Shown one piece after another: positions 28,122 through 38,276 of a stretch of DNA of 64,000 nt. The stretch is taken from NCBI GenBank assembly GCA_045863335.1, contig BTVY01000009.1, positions 92,918 to 156,917 of the forward strand. The letters are read 5' to 3'. Both the position numbers and the translations under genes were made by a program. The notes under the pieces are model-generated. The model was not told where the DNA came from, made no database searches, and worked only from the letters and a program-made list of their open reading frames with translations. Position 1 is the first letter of the stretch. Each line of letters starts with the position of its first letter. The DNA comes from Candidatus Hydrogenedentota bacterium (GTDB lineage: Bacteria > Hydrogenedentota > Hydrogenedentia > Hydrogenedentales > SLHB01).

Positions 28122-28177
28122 TTCCTCATCGGCGTGCCCGGCCGGTTTCAGTATACCAAGGAAACGGCCGAACTCGA

Positions 28178-28984
28178 TTACTCATTCCTGAGTGCCAGTC
28201 CTAACCCTATGGCAATCAGGAAGATGGCCGCTTGCAAGAGAATGATCGTCGCCCCGCTTGGCAAGTTTGAGTAGTACGACACCATCAGGCCCACGACCGC
28301 ACTGGTGACGCCCAAGCCCACGGACACGAGGGTCATCGTTCGATACGTTGTCGTCACCAATCGCGCCGCCGCAGCGGGCAAGACCAGAAACGCCGCGATG
28401 AGCAGGATGCCGACAACCTTGATGGCGACGACCACCGCGACCGCGATGGCCACGTTCAGAATGTAATCCGCACGGGTGACCGGCAAGCCGTCCGCCTGCG
28501 CGAGGCTGCGGTCAAAGGTGGCGTAGGCCCACACGCCCCAGAAGGGGATTGTGAACAGTGCGAGGATGGTTACCACGGCTGTCACGATCAGGTCCGTGCC
28601 CGAAACGCTGAGGATGGAGCCGTACAACACGGCGAATGCGTCGCCGGTATAGCCCTTGGTGATGGACAGAAACACGATGCCCAGCGCCATGGACACGGCG
28701 AAGAAGACGCCGATGGCGGTGTCCTCGGCGAGCTGGGTGCGTTCGCGCACGGCGACGATGCCGACCGCCACGAGGGCCGTGAACGGTACCGCTACCCACA
28801 AGGGCTGCCAGTGAAGCAGTATTCCGAGCGCCACACCGCCGAATGCCGCGTGGGCGAGCCCGCTGCCCATGAACGCCAGCCGTCGTTGCACCACGAAGGT
28901 TCCAAAATAACTCAGCAGGAATCCGGTCATGGCCCCGCCGGCCAGCGCGCGCTGCATGAAGGGATATTGGAGCGCCTCAAACAT
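28178..28984 (-). CDS. znuB: Zn/Mn ABC transporter permease (ZnuB)
   Basis: FMQRAL, GSGLAHAAFGG, EDTAIG, LYGSIL, KVVGILLI..LVLP and PSGATII. Confidence 0.9.
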   Translation of the reverse strand: MFEALQYPFMQRALAGGAMTGFLLSYFGTFVVQRRLAFMGSGLAHAAFGGVALGILLHWQPLWVAVPFTALVAVGIVAVRERTQLAEDTAIGVFFAVSMALGIVFLSITKGYTGDAFAVLYGSILSVSGTDLIVTAVVTILALFTIPFWGVWAYATFDRSLAQADGLPVTRADYILNVAIAVAVVVAIKVVGILLIAAFLVLPAAAARLVTTTYRTMTLVSVGLGVTSAVVGLMVSYYSNLPSGATIILLQAAIFLIAIGLGLALRNE

Positions 28985-29726
28985 CGCGCGATCCGCCACT
29001 CGCGGCGCGGTGCCCCGTGAACCCGAACACCGCCAGCAGCCGCTCCTCGCGCGCCACTTCTTCGGGAGGTCCAAACCCGGCGATACCCTGGTGCATCAGG
29101 AGGACGTGCGTCGCGTGGACCCGTGCGCCTTCCCAGTCGTGAGTAATCATCAACACGGTCGATTCCGTAGTGCGCTGGTAGCGTTCCAGCAGGTGATACA
29201 TCTCCGCCTCACCCGCGACGTCCATGCCCGCGCCGGGTTCGTCAAGGATCAGCAGCTTCGGCTTCCGCACGAGACAACGCGCCAGATACACGCGCTGCAG
29301 TTCGCCGCCGGACAAATGGGGGATGGACCGGTCCGCCAGGGGCGCGACCCCCGCCTTCTCCATGGCCTCCAGCGCCAGTTGCCGTTGCTGCGTGCTGACC
29401 CGCCAGGGCCAACGCCGCGTAATTCCCGTGACGACCAGTTCGATGGCCTTGCCCGGAAACCGGCGGTCCAGTGTCTTCACCTGCGGTATGAAGCCCACAT
29501 CCATCGGGTTCGCGTCGTGCACCGGGCTACCGAAGATGCGCACGATTCCCTGGTCCGGTTTCTGGATGCCGAGGATCACGTTCAGCAGGGTGCTCTTGCC
29601 CGCGCCATTGGGGCCGATGATGGCGACGAACGCGCCGATAGGTGCGGCGAAACTGATGTCGCGCAGGGCATGGAAATCCCCGAATCGCAGGGATACCCGT
29701 TCCGTTTCTAAGGCCGGTCCATTCAT
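28977..29726 (-). CDS. znuC: Zn/Mn ABC transporter ATPase (ZnuC)
   Basis: Walker A GPNGAGKST, GFIPQ, LSGGELQR, LILDEP and ITHD. Confidence 0.9.
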   Translation of the reverse strand: MNGPALETERVSLRFGDFHALRDISFAAPIGAFVAIIGPNGAGKSTLLNVILGIQKPDQGIVRIFGSPVHDANPMDVGFIPQVKTLDRRFPGKAIELVVTGITRRWPWRVSTQQRQLALEAMEKAGVAPLADRSIPHLSGGELQRVYLARCLVRKPKLLILDEPGAGMDVAGEAEMYHLLERYQRTTESTVLMITHDWEGARVHATHVLLMHQGIAGFGPPEEVAREERLLAVFGFTGHRAASGGSRDV

Positions 29727-30616
29727 TGAAGAGCCTCAAGCAGAACCGTTGCGTTCGACCGAATCAACTCTTCATACGTCATTTTGCCCGAAACGCCACC
29801 AATCGGATCGAGTTCAAAGACCGGCACTCCGCCCGCTTCCGCGACGACCTCCGCCGGGCGGCGCGCCAGTTGGGGTTCCGTGAATACCGCCTTGATGCCT
29901 ACGCGCTTGATTGTTTCCGCCACCTCGGCGATGTGCTGGGCCGTTGCTTCCTTTCCCGGCGACGGCTCGACCAGCGCCCCGGGCCTCAAGCCGTAGCGCC
30001 GAAGAAAGTAATTCCAACTGGGATGAAACTGTACCACGGGCGCTCCGGCAAGAGGCGCCATCTGCGCATCCATATCGTGGTTGATCTGTTCCAATTCTGC
30101 AGCGAACCGCTTGGCATTCTGCGCGTATGCAGTAGAGCCTTCCGGGTCCAGTTCCGAGAGACGCTCAACCAGTTCCGGCAGCATCGCCTTCACCGCAAGG
30201 GGGTCGCCCCAGAAGTGGGGGTCGTACCGGCCGTGATCATGTCCGTGCTCGTGCTCTCCGGAACGCTCGTCTTCCGCCTCGAAGGATAACCGAAAGGACT
30301 CGGGCACGAGCGCCAACGCGCTCACCTTGGTGGCGCCGGGCAGCCGCGCAGCCCAACCGTCAAGCGATTCGTCCACGAAGAACACCGCCAACGCCTGTTC
30401 CGTAGTGCGGATATCGCTTGGCCGGGGCTCGTAGGTGTGCGGCGAAGTTCCCGGCTGGAGCAGCGTGCGCACCGCGGCCCGGTCGCCCGCCACTTCGCTT
30501 ATGATTTGGGCGAGTGGCGCAATGGTGGCCACGTACTCGCGCGGGGCCGCCTCACGCGGTTGGCATGCGGCAATCAGGCTCGCTACGGTTAATGTTGTTA
30601 AACCAAGACGTCTCAT
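29723..30616 (-). CDS. znuA: Zn ABC transporter substrate-binding lipoprotein (ZnuA/AdcA)
   Basis: Lipobox LIAAC, SPHTYEP, His-rich loop EHEHGHDHG, DPHFW, FHPSW and LDPIG. Confidence 0.9.
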   Translation of the reverse strand: MRRLGLTTLTVASLIAACQPREAAPREYVATIAPLAQIISEVAGDRAAVRTLLQPGTSPHTYEPRPSDIRTTEQALAVFFVDESLDGWAARLPGATKVSALALVPESFRLSFEAEDERSGEHEHGHDHGRYDPHFWGDPLAVKAMLPELVERLSELDPEGSTAYAQNAKRFAAELEQINHDMDAQMAPLAGAPVVQFHPSWNYFLRRYGLRPGALVEPSPGKEATAQHIAEVAETIKRVGIKAVFTEPQLARRPAEVVAEAGGVPVFELDPIGGVSGKMTYEELIRSNATVLLEALQ

Positions 30617-30726
30617 TTCGTTGGTTCTCTCAGTTTGAAATCCTGTGCAGCAGATTCGCCTCAACCCAGCATTGGCGCATTAGCAGACCGTTCGCTATAC
30701 TGCTGCGAGGAGTTGAGGGGCGACTC

Positions 30727-30750
30727 TTAATGATAATATATTATCGATAA
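30727..30750. promoter_or_regulatory. Fur/Zur-type operator between divergent znuA and fur-ATPase
   Basis: TTAATGATAATATATTATCGATAA contains the perfect palindrome GATAATATATTATC (30732-30745) and resembles the Fur box GATAATGATAATCATTATC. It is an AT-rich island in GC-rich DNA. Confidence 0.7.
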
Positions 30751-30777
30751 CTGTTGTCAAGTAGGATCTCCACCAAC

Positions 30778-31152
30778 ATGCAACGCGACACCGCTCAACG
30801 CCGCGCCATTCGACAGGTCTTCCGGGAAGCCGCCCGGCCCCTGAGCCCGGCCGAAATCCTGGAAGGCGCGCGCCGCTTCGTCCCAAACCTCGGTATTGCA
30901 ACGGTCTATCGCTCTGTTCGCGGTCTCACTGAAGAAGGCTGGCTCGTGCCTGTGGAGGTTCCCGGCGAACCACACCGGTACGAGCTTTCCGGTCAGGACC
31001 ATCACCATCACTTCACATGCCGCGCCTGCGGCCGCATGTTCGACTTCGACGGTTGCCCCAACGATTTGGCCCGGCTCGTTCCCGCCGGTTTCGTCATGGA
31101 AGACCACGAAGTATTCCTCTACGGCCGTTGCGCTGACTGCCGGAAGTCTTAG
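30778..31152 (+). CDS. Fur-family metalloregulator (Zur-like)
   Basis: T.QRRAI, GIATVYR, HHHHFTCRACG and C-terminal CADC. Confidence 0.9.
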   Translation: MQRDTAQRRAIRQVFREAARPLSPAEILEGARRFVPNLGIATVYRSVRGLTEEGWLVPVEVPGEPHRYELSGQDHHHHFTCRACGRMFDFDGCPNDLARLVPAGFVMEDHEVFLYGRCADCRKS

Positions 31153-31215
31153 CCGATTTCGGTTGTTCTCCATTTAAGTAGCATTTTTCCGTCCGCATTC
31201 GATTGGGAATACACT

Positions 31216-33378
31216 GTGATTACCCACACCTACAAAATACACGGAATGGACTGTGCAGAAGAAGTCGCCGTGCTCAAACGGGAGTTGGGACCGCTGGTGG
31301 CGTCGGATGATGATTTGCGCTTCGATCTCCTTCACGGTCGATTGATCGTGGTTTCCGATGAAACGGGCGACACGATCCAGAGCGCCATTGAAAAAACCGG
31401 TATGCGCGCCGTGCCGTGGAAGGAGCACCTAGAAAAGAGCGAGTTGGACTCCACCTCTTGGAATGCGCGCGGGCGTGAAGTCATGTGCGGGATCAGCGGC
31501 GCCAGTATCGTCGTGGCTTTCCTTGTGCAAGTGATCGCGGTGGGATTACGAGCGGCGGTTATCGAGACGCACGCGGGAATCTACCATCCCGTCACGGGGG
31601 TATTGCTTGGTATTGCGACGGTGGCCGGCGCTTGGTACGTGGTACCCAAGGCGTGGTACGCCCTCCGCTCGCTTCGTCCCGACATCAACCTGCTCATGGT
31701 GGTGGCCATAACCGGCGCGATCATTCTTGGCGAATGGTTCGAAGCGGCCATGGTGAGTTTTCTGTTTTCGCTCGCGCTACTGCTCGAATCGTGGAGCGTG
31801 GGCCGCGCGCGCCGCGCCATTTCCTCGCTTATGGACATGGCCCCGGAAACGGCCCGCTATCGTCCACCTGGGGTAACAACCCCTGAATTCCGCGAAGGTC
31901 CTGTGGGCGAAGTGCCGGTGGGCGCGACCGTATCCGTGCTGCCCGGCGAACGAGTTCCCCTGGACGGCACCGTGACGCGCGGCGCCACGTCCATCAACCA
32001 GGCGCCCATCACGGGCGAGTCCATCCCCGTGCCCAAGGGTGAAGGCGACGAAGTCTACGCAGGGACGATTAACAACGAAGGATCCTTCGAGTTCCGTTCC
32101 ACCAAGGCCGCGGAAGATTCCAGCCTCGCACGCATTATCCACATGGTCGAGGAGGCACAGAGTCGCCGCGCGCCCGCGGAGCAGTGGGTCGAACGATTCG
32201 CCCGCTACTACACGCCCGCCATGATGATCCTGGCCATTCTCATCGCGGTCGTTCCGCCGCTGTTCGGTCTGTCCGCGTGGAGTGCTTCTGTTTACCTGGC
32301 ACTCGTCTTGTTGGTGATCGCGTGTCCTTGTGCCCTCGTCATCTCCACGCCGGTCAGCATCGTGGCTGGGTTGACGCGTGCCGCGCGCGCCGGTGTTCTG
32401 ATCAAGGGCGGCGCGTATCTTGAGATGCCGGCTCACCTCAAGGCCATCGCCATGGACAAGACCGGCACGCTGACCCTGGGAGAGCCGCGCGTGCAACGGG
32501 TCATCCCGCTGAACGGACACAGCGCCGAAGAACTGCTGTCCATGTCCGCCGGCATCGAGTCCCTCAGCCGTCATCCGATTGCGGAAGCCGTCGTGCGGCA
32601 CGCGCACGAACAGCAAATTGCCTTTACGCCCGCCGAGTCCTATCACGCCATTGAAGGCAAAGGGGCGGAGGCGCGCATTGGCGATCGGGTGTATTGGATT
32701 GGCAGCCATCGTCTCTTGCGCGAACGCGGTCACAACGACGACACCGCAAACGAGCACGCCACAGCGATCGAAGACGCGGGGCACACGGTGGTCATGCTCG
32801 GCACCGAAGCGCACATCTGCGGTCTCATTTCGGTTGCCGATGAGGTGCGCGCGGAGAGCCGCGATGCGGTTGCCGCCTTGAAGCGGGCCGGTGTGGACCA
32901 TGTCATTATGATCACGGGCGATAATGAACGCACCGCCCGCGAACTCGCGGCGGCGGTCGGCGTGGACGCGTATTACGCCGAGCAGCTTCCGGAGGACAAG
33001 GTCGAGCGGCTGCGCGAGATCGTCGATCGTCATGGGGCCACTGCCATGGTTGGAGACGGGGTAAACGACGCACCGGCCATGGCCGCGTCGAGTCTCGCCA
33101 TTGCCATGGGCGCCGCGGGCAGCGATGCTGCCATCGAAACCGCCGACGTGGCGCTCATGTCCGACGACCTCTCGAAAGTCCCCTGGCTCGTCGAACATTC
33201 CCGACGGACGGTCCGAATCATCCGTCAAAACGTGGTCATCGCGCTGGGTCTCAAGGTGGTGGTTTTCGCACTCGCACTTGCCGGTTGGGCGACCCTCTGG
33301 CTCGCCATTCTCGCCGATACGGGCGCATCGCTGATCGTCATCTTTAACGGCCTCCGCCTCCTCGGCACCCGGGAGTAG
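31216..33378 (+). CDS. Heavy-metal P1B-2-type ATPase (ZntA/CadA-like)
   Basis: N-terminal HMA GMDCAEE, TGES, CPC, DKTGT, HP and GDGVNDAP; Lys (LGLKV) and Asp (ILADTG) in the last TM helices. Confidence 0.92.
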   Translation: MITHTYKIHGMDCAEEVAVLKRELGPLVASDDDLRFDLLHGRLIVVSDETGDTIQSAIEKTGMRAVPWKEHLEKSELDSTSWNARGREVMCGISGASIVVAFLVQVIAVGLRAAVIETHAGIYHPVTGVLLGIATVAGAWYVVPKAWYALRSLRPDINLLMVVAITGAIILGEWFEAAMVSFLFSLALLLESWSVGRARRAISSLMDMAPETARYRPPGVTTPEFREGPVGEVPVGATVSVLPGERVPLDGTVTRGATSINQAPITGESIPVPKGEGDEVYAGTINNEGSFEFRSTKAAEDSSLARIIHMVEEAQSRRAPAEQWVERFARYYTPAMMILAILIAVVPPLFGLSAWSASVYLALVLLVIACPCALVISTPVSIVAGLTRAARAGVLIKGGAYLEMPAHLKAIAMDKTGTLTLGEPRVQRVIPLNGHSAEELLSMSAGIESLSRHPIAEAVVRHAHEQQIAFTPAESYHAIEGKGAEARIGDRVYWIGSHRLLRERGHNDDTANEHATAIEDAGHTVVMLGTEAHICGLISVADEVRAESRDAVAALKRAGVDHVIMITGDNERTARELAAAVGVDAYYAEQLPEDKVERLREIVDRHGATAMVGDGVNDAPAMAASSLAIAMGAAGSDAAIETADVALMSDDLSKVPWLVEHSRRTVRIIRQNVVIALGLKVVVFALALAGWATLWLAILADTGASLIVIFNGLRLLGTRE

Positions 33379-33386
33379 AAAATTTG

Positions 33387-33469
33387 GGAAAATGGGGACA
33401 CCCATTTTCCTTCTAAGCGCCCGTGCAAAGTACTCAGTAATCTAAAAGGAAAATGGTGTCCCCATTTTT
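33387..33469. repeat. Inverted pair of GGAAAATGG-type hairpins (REP-like or bidirectional terminator)
   Basis: GGAAAATGGGGACACCCATTTTCC (33387-33410) and GGAAAATGGTGTCCCCATTTTT (33448-33469) are each a hairpin and near reverse complements of each other. Confidence 0.65.
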
Positions 33470-33526
33470 CTTGCCCGCACTCTTGTGCGATGATCGTGCA
33501 TCGGCTATTGGAGCGACGATGTTCAC

Positions 33527-35488
33527 ATGAAGGGGGCTCATATGTTTTCAACGCACCGCGTCTGGCTCCGCATTCTCGCTGCATGCGTGTCAGTGATCGC
33601 GACGGTCGTGGCGTCGGCCGACGCCGGACCTTCACGTTTCCCCGCCGATCATCCCTTGCGAAGCGCGCCCGTCATCGAATCCTTCGCCATAAGCGCGTTG
33701 CCGAAGGCCGAACTACTCGCCACGCCCGAGGTGCGCACCCTGCTGGGCTACACAAGGCGGCCGCTTCACCTTCCCGATGGACACACGATGGCCCTGTTTT
33801 CCTTTAGCTATTCCGCGCCGGCGAACTGGATCTTCCTTGTGGACGGACGCAATTTATCCTCGACGCGCCACGCCATTCCGAACAACGACATTGCGTCGCA
33901 CGGCGCGGCGCTCGGCGCCGATGGAAACATCTACATCATGCCCTACAACACAGCGCGGGCCTATTGCTTCGATACGAAGACGCACATTTTCGAGCAGCTC
34001 CCGACCGATGTTGCAGAAGGCGAATATACCTGGGACGCCCTCGGCGGCTCGAATGGCTGCATCTATTTCGGCACCTACCCCAACGCGGTCTTCGGCGAGT
34101 ACAGTCCCGAAGCGAAGTCGTGGGCGTTATGGCCGAACCTCGTGCCCGACACCAAGTACGTCACCGGATTCAGCGAGGATGCCGACGGGCGCATTTGCTT
34201 CAAAGCCTGGGGCCCCGGCGAAGTGTGGATGGCCTTCGATCCCGAAACGCGAGAGTTCGAATCCATCGAAGCGCCGAGCGCCTCCGGAACGGAGTTGCCC
34301 GCGCCGCCCTCAGGCGACGAGTCATACATTGCCACGATCGTCGCGGGCGAGCGGCGTTTTGCGGTTAGCCATCCATCGGGCCGCGTCTGGGAGATCACCG
34401 GAGTCGAGCCGCAACGGTTGGGCGATACGGGTCTGCCTGCCGAAACCACCTGGTGGCTGAAAGCAACGGGCGACGAAGTCTTCGGGGTGAGCTATTTTGG
34501 CGGACTTTTCAGGTACGGGTTCGCGGACGGCAAGTTTACGACCGGCCAACTCGACAACCGTGCTGCCGCCGGCAACAGCATCATGTTCGTGGAGACAGTC
34601 ACGCCCGACTGCGTCATCGGCGCGAACTACAGTCAACAGAATCTCTTTCGCGTCAATCCGAATACCGGAGAGATCGTAGAGTCGAATTGCGTCGTGGCGC
34701 GCGTTTCGGGCGAACCCATGTGCGCCGTCGGTTTCGGCGGGAAGGCGTACGTGGGAATTTACGTACAGTCGCTCATCAGCGTGTACGATCCCGCACAGCC
34801 CTTCGCGTTCCACACGAATCCCAGGGAACTCATCGAACTGGGCACCACCTATGAACAAACACGGCCCCGCGCGGCGGTGACGGACGGCCGCCTCGTCTAC
34901 ATCACCTCCGACAGCGCCTACAACAAACTTGGCGGGGCCTTGGCGATCGTCGATCCCGAGACTGAGCAGATCGACGTGTATCACCACCTGATCCATGATC
35001 AGAACCTGCCGACGCTGGCCTATGACCCGTCCACCGGCTTGCTCTGGGGCGGCACGGATCGCTGGGGGCAGATGCGCAGTCATCCGCCCACGCAGGAAAG
35101 CGCGCTCATCTACTCCTTTGACCCGGAATCCCGCACGGTGGTCGATCGACTGACCCTTTGGCCCGGCGCCGATGTGGTTACGATCCACGGCGTCTCGAAG
35201 GAAGGCGTCCTCGTCGCGTCAAATAGTGGCGAGTTGGCTCTGCTGGATACCCAGTCGAAGGAGGTATTGTGGCGCGGTCCAATCCCGGCGAACCTCGCCG
35301 GAACCGCCCGTCGCGGCAGCGACGGCATGCTCTACTTGCTAGGTGACGGCGTGCTGTACCAGTGGGACATGGCAAGGAGTCTTTTGTCCGCCAAAGCCTC
35401 AGTAATCGACGGCATCTACTTGACGGAATCCGCGCCTGACTTGTGGATAATTGCGAGTTCCAAGTCCCTGTTCTCCATTACGTTGTAA
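33527..35488 (+). CDS. Secreted beta-propeller protein of unknown function
   Basis: Signal peptide; repeated G.DG.IY / IYFGTYP / YDP / LWGGT blades. Confidence 0.7.
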   Translation: MKGAHMFSTHRVWLRILAACVSVIATVVASADAGPSRFPADHPLRSAPVIESFAISALPKAELLATPEVRTLLGYTRRPLHLPDGHTMALFSFSYSAPANWIFLVDGRNLSSTRHAIPNNDIASHGAALGADGNIYIMPYNTARAYCFDTKTHIFEQLPTDVAEGEYTWDALGGSNGCIYFGTYPNAVFGEYSPEAKSWALWPNLVPDTKYVTGFSEDADGRICFKAWGPGEVWMAFDPETREFESIEAPSASGTELPAPPSGDESYIATIVAGERRFAVSHPSGRVWEITGVEPQRLGDTGLPAETTWWLKATGDEVFGVSYFGGLFRYGFADGKFTTGQLDNRAAAGNSIMFVETVTPDCVIGANYSQQNLFRVNPNTGEIVESNCVVARVSGEPMCAVGFGGKAYVGIYVQSLISVYDPAQPFAFHTNPRELIELGTTYEQTRPRAAVTDGRLVYITSDSAYNKLGGALAIVDPETEQIDVYHHLIHDQNLPTLAYDPSTGLLWGGTDRWGQMRSHPPTQESALIYSFDPESRTVVDRLTLWPGADVVTIHGVSKEGVLVASNSGELALLDTQSKEVLWRGPIPANLAGTARRGSDGMLYLLGDGVLYQWDMARSLLSAKASVIDGIYLTESAPDLWIIASSKSLFSITL

Positions 35489-35586
35489 ACTGCATGCGGA
35501 GCGGTTTCAGGGCCATGAAATCCCCCTGTTCCAATTGTTAGGACTCGGCTAGCCAGCGTCTCCGTAATTTGCTATATTGGCCGTCT

Positions 35587-37611
35587 ATGAAAAACATCTA
35601 CCAGATCCGGGAAGTGTCCACGCTGTCCTTTAACGAGCGGGTCTTGCAGGAGGCGGAGGACACCCGGAACCCCCTCATGGAGCGGCTCAAATTCCTCGGA
35701 ATCTTCTCGTCCAACATGGACGAATTCTTCAAGGTTCGCGTTGCCAGTATTCATCGCCGCGTAGAATTGGGGAAGAAGAGCATGAGCGCGGTGCTTGAAG
35801 TCGTGGTCGATAAAGCCCGGGATCTCGACGAGCGATTTCAGAAAGCGTACAGCGACATCAAGTCCGCGTTGGCGGACGAAGGCATCCGGATTCTCACGGA
35901 GCACGATATCAACGGCCACTCGGGCGATCTGGCGGAGTGGCTCAGGGACCACTTCCGTGCGAACGTGCTACCAAGCCTGGTTCCCATCATCATCCAGAGC
36001 GGACTTCCCTTCCCGCCGATCAAGGACGGGGCGCTCTACTTCGGGATAAAGATGCATGGCGAAAAGGACCGCTACGCCATTCTCGAGATTCCCAACGAGT
36101 TGCCGCGCTTTGTCCAGTTGCCCAACGGCGACATCATGTATATCGACGATTTGATCCGCTATTCGCTCGGCGACATCTTTTATATCTTTGATTACGAGAG
36201 CATCGAAGCCTTCGAGTTCAAGATCTCGCGCGACGCCGAACTGGATATCGACAACGACTTCTCCGAGGGGTACGTGCGAAAGATGGAGCGGGTGCTCCAA
36301 CAGCGCAAGGGCGGTAGGCCGACGCGGCTGGTCTATGATTCGACCATGCCCCAGGGGATGTTGAAACTGCTGCGCAAGGAACTCCGCGTCACGAGCGATG
36401 ATACGCTCATCCCCGGCGGCCGCTATCACAACATGAAAGATTTGATGCGGTTCCCGAACCACCGTCCGGACCTGGCGTTCCCGAAGGTTGAGCCGGCGCC
36501 ACATCCCGTGTTGGACCACGTCAACAAGCCGATCATGGACATCATCCGGGACCAGGACATCCTGGTCACGTACCCGTACCAGAGCTTCGATCACATCATA
36601 CGCTTGCTCCGGGAAGCCGCCATCGATCCAAAAGTCGAAGAGATCAAATTGACCATGTACCGCGCGGCAACGCGATCGCAGGTGGTCAATGCGCTTGCCG
36701 CCGCGGCCCGGAACGGGAAGAAGATCTTCGTTTCTATCGAGTTGCAGGCGCGGTTCGACGAGAAGAACAACATCAAGATATCCGAGTTCTTGTCGGAAGC
36801 AGGTGCGATTGTTTCCTACGGCGTGCCGCCCATGAAGGTGCACTCCAAGCTGCTGCTCATCAAGCGGAAGGGTTCGTTCATCGCGGGGCTTTCCACCGGG
36901 AATTTCAACGAGGCCACGAGCCGTCTTTATGTAGACAGCATGCTGCTCACCGCCGACCGGCGCATCACGGCCGAGGTCGCTACGGTCTTCGACTTCCTCG
37001 ACCAGGCGTCGAAAATGCATACGCTGACGGCGCCCAAGTTCAAGCACCTGCTTGTGTCGCCCTTCAATTCGCGGAAGATGTTTATCAAGTTGATCAACCG
37101 CGAGAAGGCGAAGGGGTTGGACGGATACATCTGCATGAAGGTGAACCACCTCACGGATGCCAAGATCATCAAGAAAATCCGCGAGGCGGCGGATGCGGGC
37201 GTGCAGATGGACCTGGTCGTGCGCACCACGTACGCCATGCTGCCGCACCCGAACATCCGCGCCATATCCATTCTCGACCGCTATCTCGAACACCAGCGCG
37301 TGTTCGTCTTCGGCAAAGGCGAAGAACGCAAGATTTTCATGAGTTCGTCGGACCTAATGGAACGCAATCTGGACTGGCGTGTGGAAGTGGCCTTCCCCGT
37401 ATACGACCCCAAGCTGGTTCAAGAAGTCTCCGACATGATGGCGCTCCAGGTCGGCGACTGCTACAAGGCCCGTGTGCTCGATCAGACGCAGTCAAACCTC
37501 TACGTCATCGACGGAACGGGAAAGCTCCAGGCCCAGCGCGCCACGCAAGAGTACTTCCACGATATCAGCGAACCGCCCGTCCATACCCCGGAACGTGTCC
37601 CCGGCCGGTAA
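35587..37611 (+). CDS. ppk1: Polyphosphate kinase 1
   Basis: SFNERVLQEA, FLGIFSSNMDEFFKVRVA, GGRYHN, YPYQSF, ELQARFDE, KVHSK, TGNFNE, RYLEH.R and RNLDWRVE. Confidence 0.95.
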   Translation: MKNIYQIREVSTLSFNERVLQEAEDTRNPLMERLKFLGIFSSNMDEFFKVRVASIHRRVELGKKSMSAVLEVVVDKARDLDERFQKAYSDIKSALADEGIRILTEHDINGHSGDLAEWLRDHFRANVLPSLVPIIIQSGLPFPPIKDGALYFGIKMHGEKDRYAILEIPNELPRFVQLPNGDIMYIDDLIRYSLGDIFYIFDYESIEAFEFKISRDAELDIDNDFSEGYVRKMERVLQQRKGGRPTRLVYDSTMPQGMLKLLRKELRVTSDDTLIPGGRYHNMKDLMRFPNHRPDLAFPKVEPAPHPVLDHVNKPIMDIIRDQDILVTYPYQSFDHIIRLLREAAIDPKVEEIKLTMYRAATRSQVVNALAAAARNGKKIFVSIELQARFDEKNNIKISEFLSEAGAIVSYGVPPMKVHSKLLLIKRKGSFIAGLSTGNFNEATSRLYVDSMLLTADRRITAEVATVFDFLDQASKMHTLTAPKFKHLLVSPFNSRKMFIKLINREKAKGLDGYICMKVNHLTDAKIIKKIREAADAGVQMDLVVRTTYAMLPHPNIRAISILDRYLEHQRVFVFGKGEERKIFMSSSDLMERNLDWRVEVAFPVYDPKLVQEVSDMMALQVGDCYKARVLDQTQSNLYVIDGTGKLQAQRATQEYFHDISEPPVHTPERVPGR

Positions 37612-37683
37612 GATCACAAAGCAGTTATCCAGGTTGTTTCAGCCACGGGCGCGGCTTGTCACGCCGCTGGCTCCAGATTACCT

Positions 37684-38025
37684 TTACGGCGAATGGGTAA
37701 CCGCATCGGACAAGACGTGCACGATGAAATTGTTCACGCTTGTTCCTTTGCTTTGTGCGGCCAGCGCGATGGTGCGATGCAGTTCCTTCGGCATTCGCAA
37801 GGACACGTTGCCACTATAGGGCTTCTCCGGTTGCTCGCCACGCTTGCGGCACATTTCCAGATAGAAATCCACCGATTCTTCGAACGCCTGTTTGAGTTCT
37901 TCGACCGACTGTCCCTCAAAGGTGATCACGTCCTTCAACCCGGTCACGACGCCAAACAAACAATTGTCTTCGGCACTGAATTGGATTGATGCCTGATAGC
38001 CCTTGTACGTCAACGTGTCGCTCAT
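37684..38025 (-). CDS. hicB: HicB antitoxin
   Basis: YKGY..SI.FS.ED, ITFEG.SVEEL..AF.ESVD.YL and C-terminal RHH (YSG.V.LR.P.ELH). Confidence 0.92.
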   Translation of the reverse strand: MSDTLTYKGYQASIQFSAEDNCLFGVVTGLKDVITFEGQSVEELKQAFEESVDFYLEMCRKRGEQPEKPYSGNVSLRMPKELHRTIALAAQSKGTSVNNFIVHVLSDAVTHSP

Positions 38026-38276
38026 GGCTTAATCTCCAAGGACGCTAAGAACTCGCGAACGGTTCTAACGGCCCATTTCTTCATGCACGGGGACGGGTGA
38101 GGACGGTGCAATACGATTCGATGTCCACGCAAGAACACTCCAACTCGGGAGCCACCCTGTCCCTCGAACTCCGCGCCAAGAGCCTCCAGTAGCAATTCAA
38201 CCCGTGTCCAACGGATATCCGCTCGCGCGGGATTCTCATAAATGGCTCGTAGCGTGTCTTTCTGCTTCGAATTCAC
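38022..38276 (-). CDS. hicA: HicA toxin (mRNA interferase)
   Basis: TLRAIY.NP..DI.W..VE.LL.ALGA, GGSRV and HRPHP. GTG start at 38276; ATGA overlap with hicB. Confidence 0.88.
   Translation of the reverse strand: MNSKQKDTLRAIYENPARADIRWTRVELLLEALGAEFEGQGGSRVGVFLRGHRIVLHRPHPSPCMKKWAVRTVREFLASLEIKP

Noticed and set aside
31777-33405. 542-aa minus-strand ORF (and similar ones at 35968..37293 and 3395..4429)
   Set aside because: Antisense to well-supported genes (P-type ATPase, ppk1, narH-like).
37684-38276. hicAB as a marker of a prophage or genomic island
   Set aside because: The flanks are ppk1 and a signalling operon. No integrase, att repeats or phage genes were seen.
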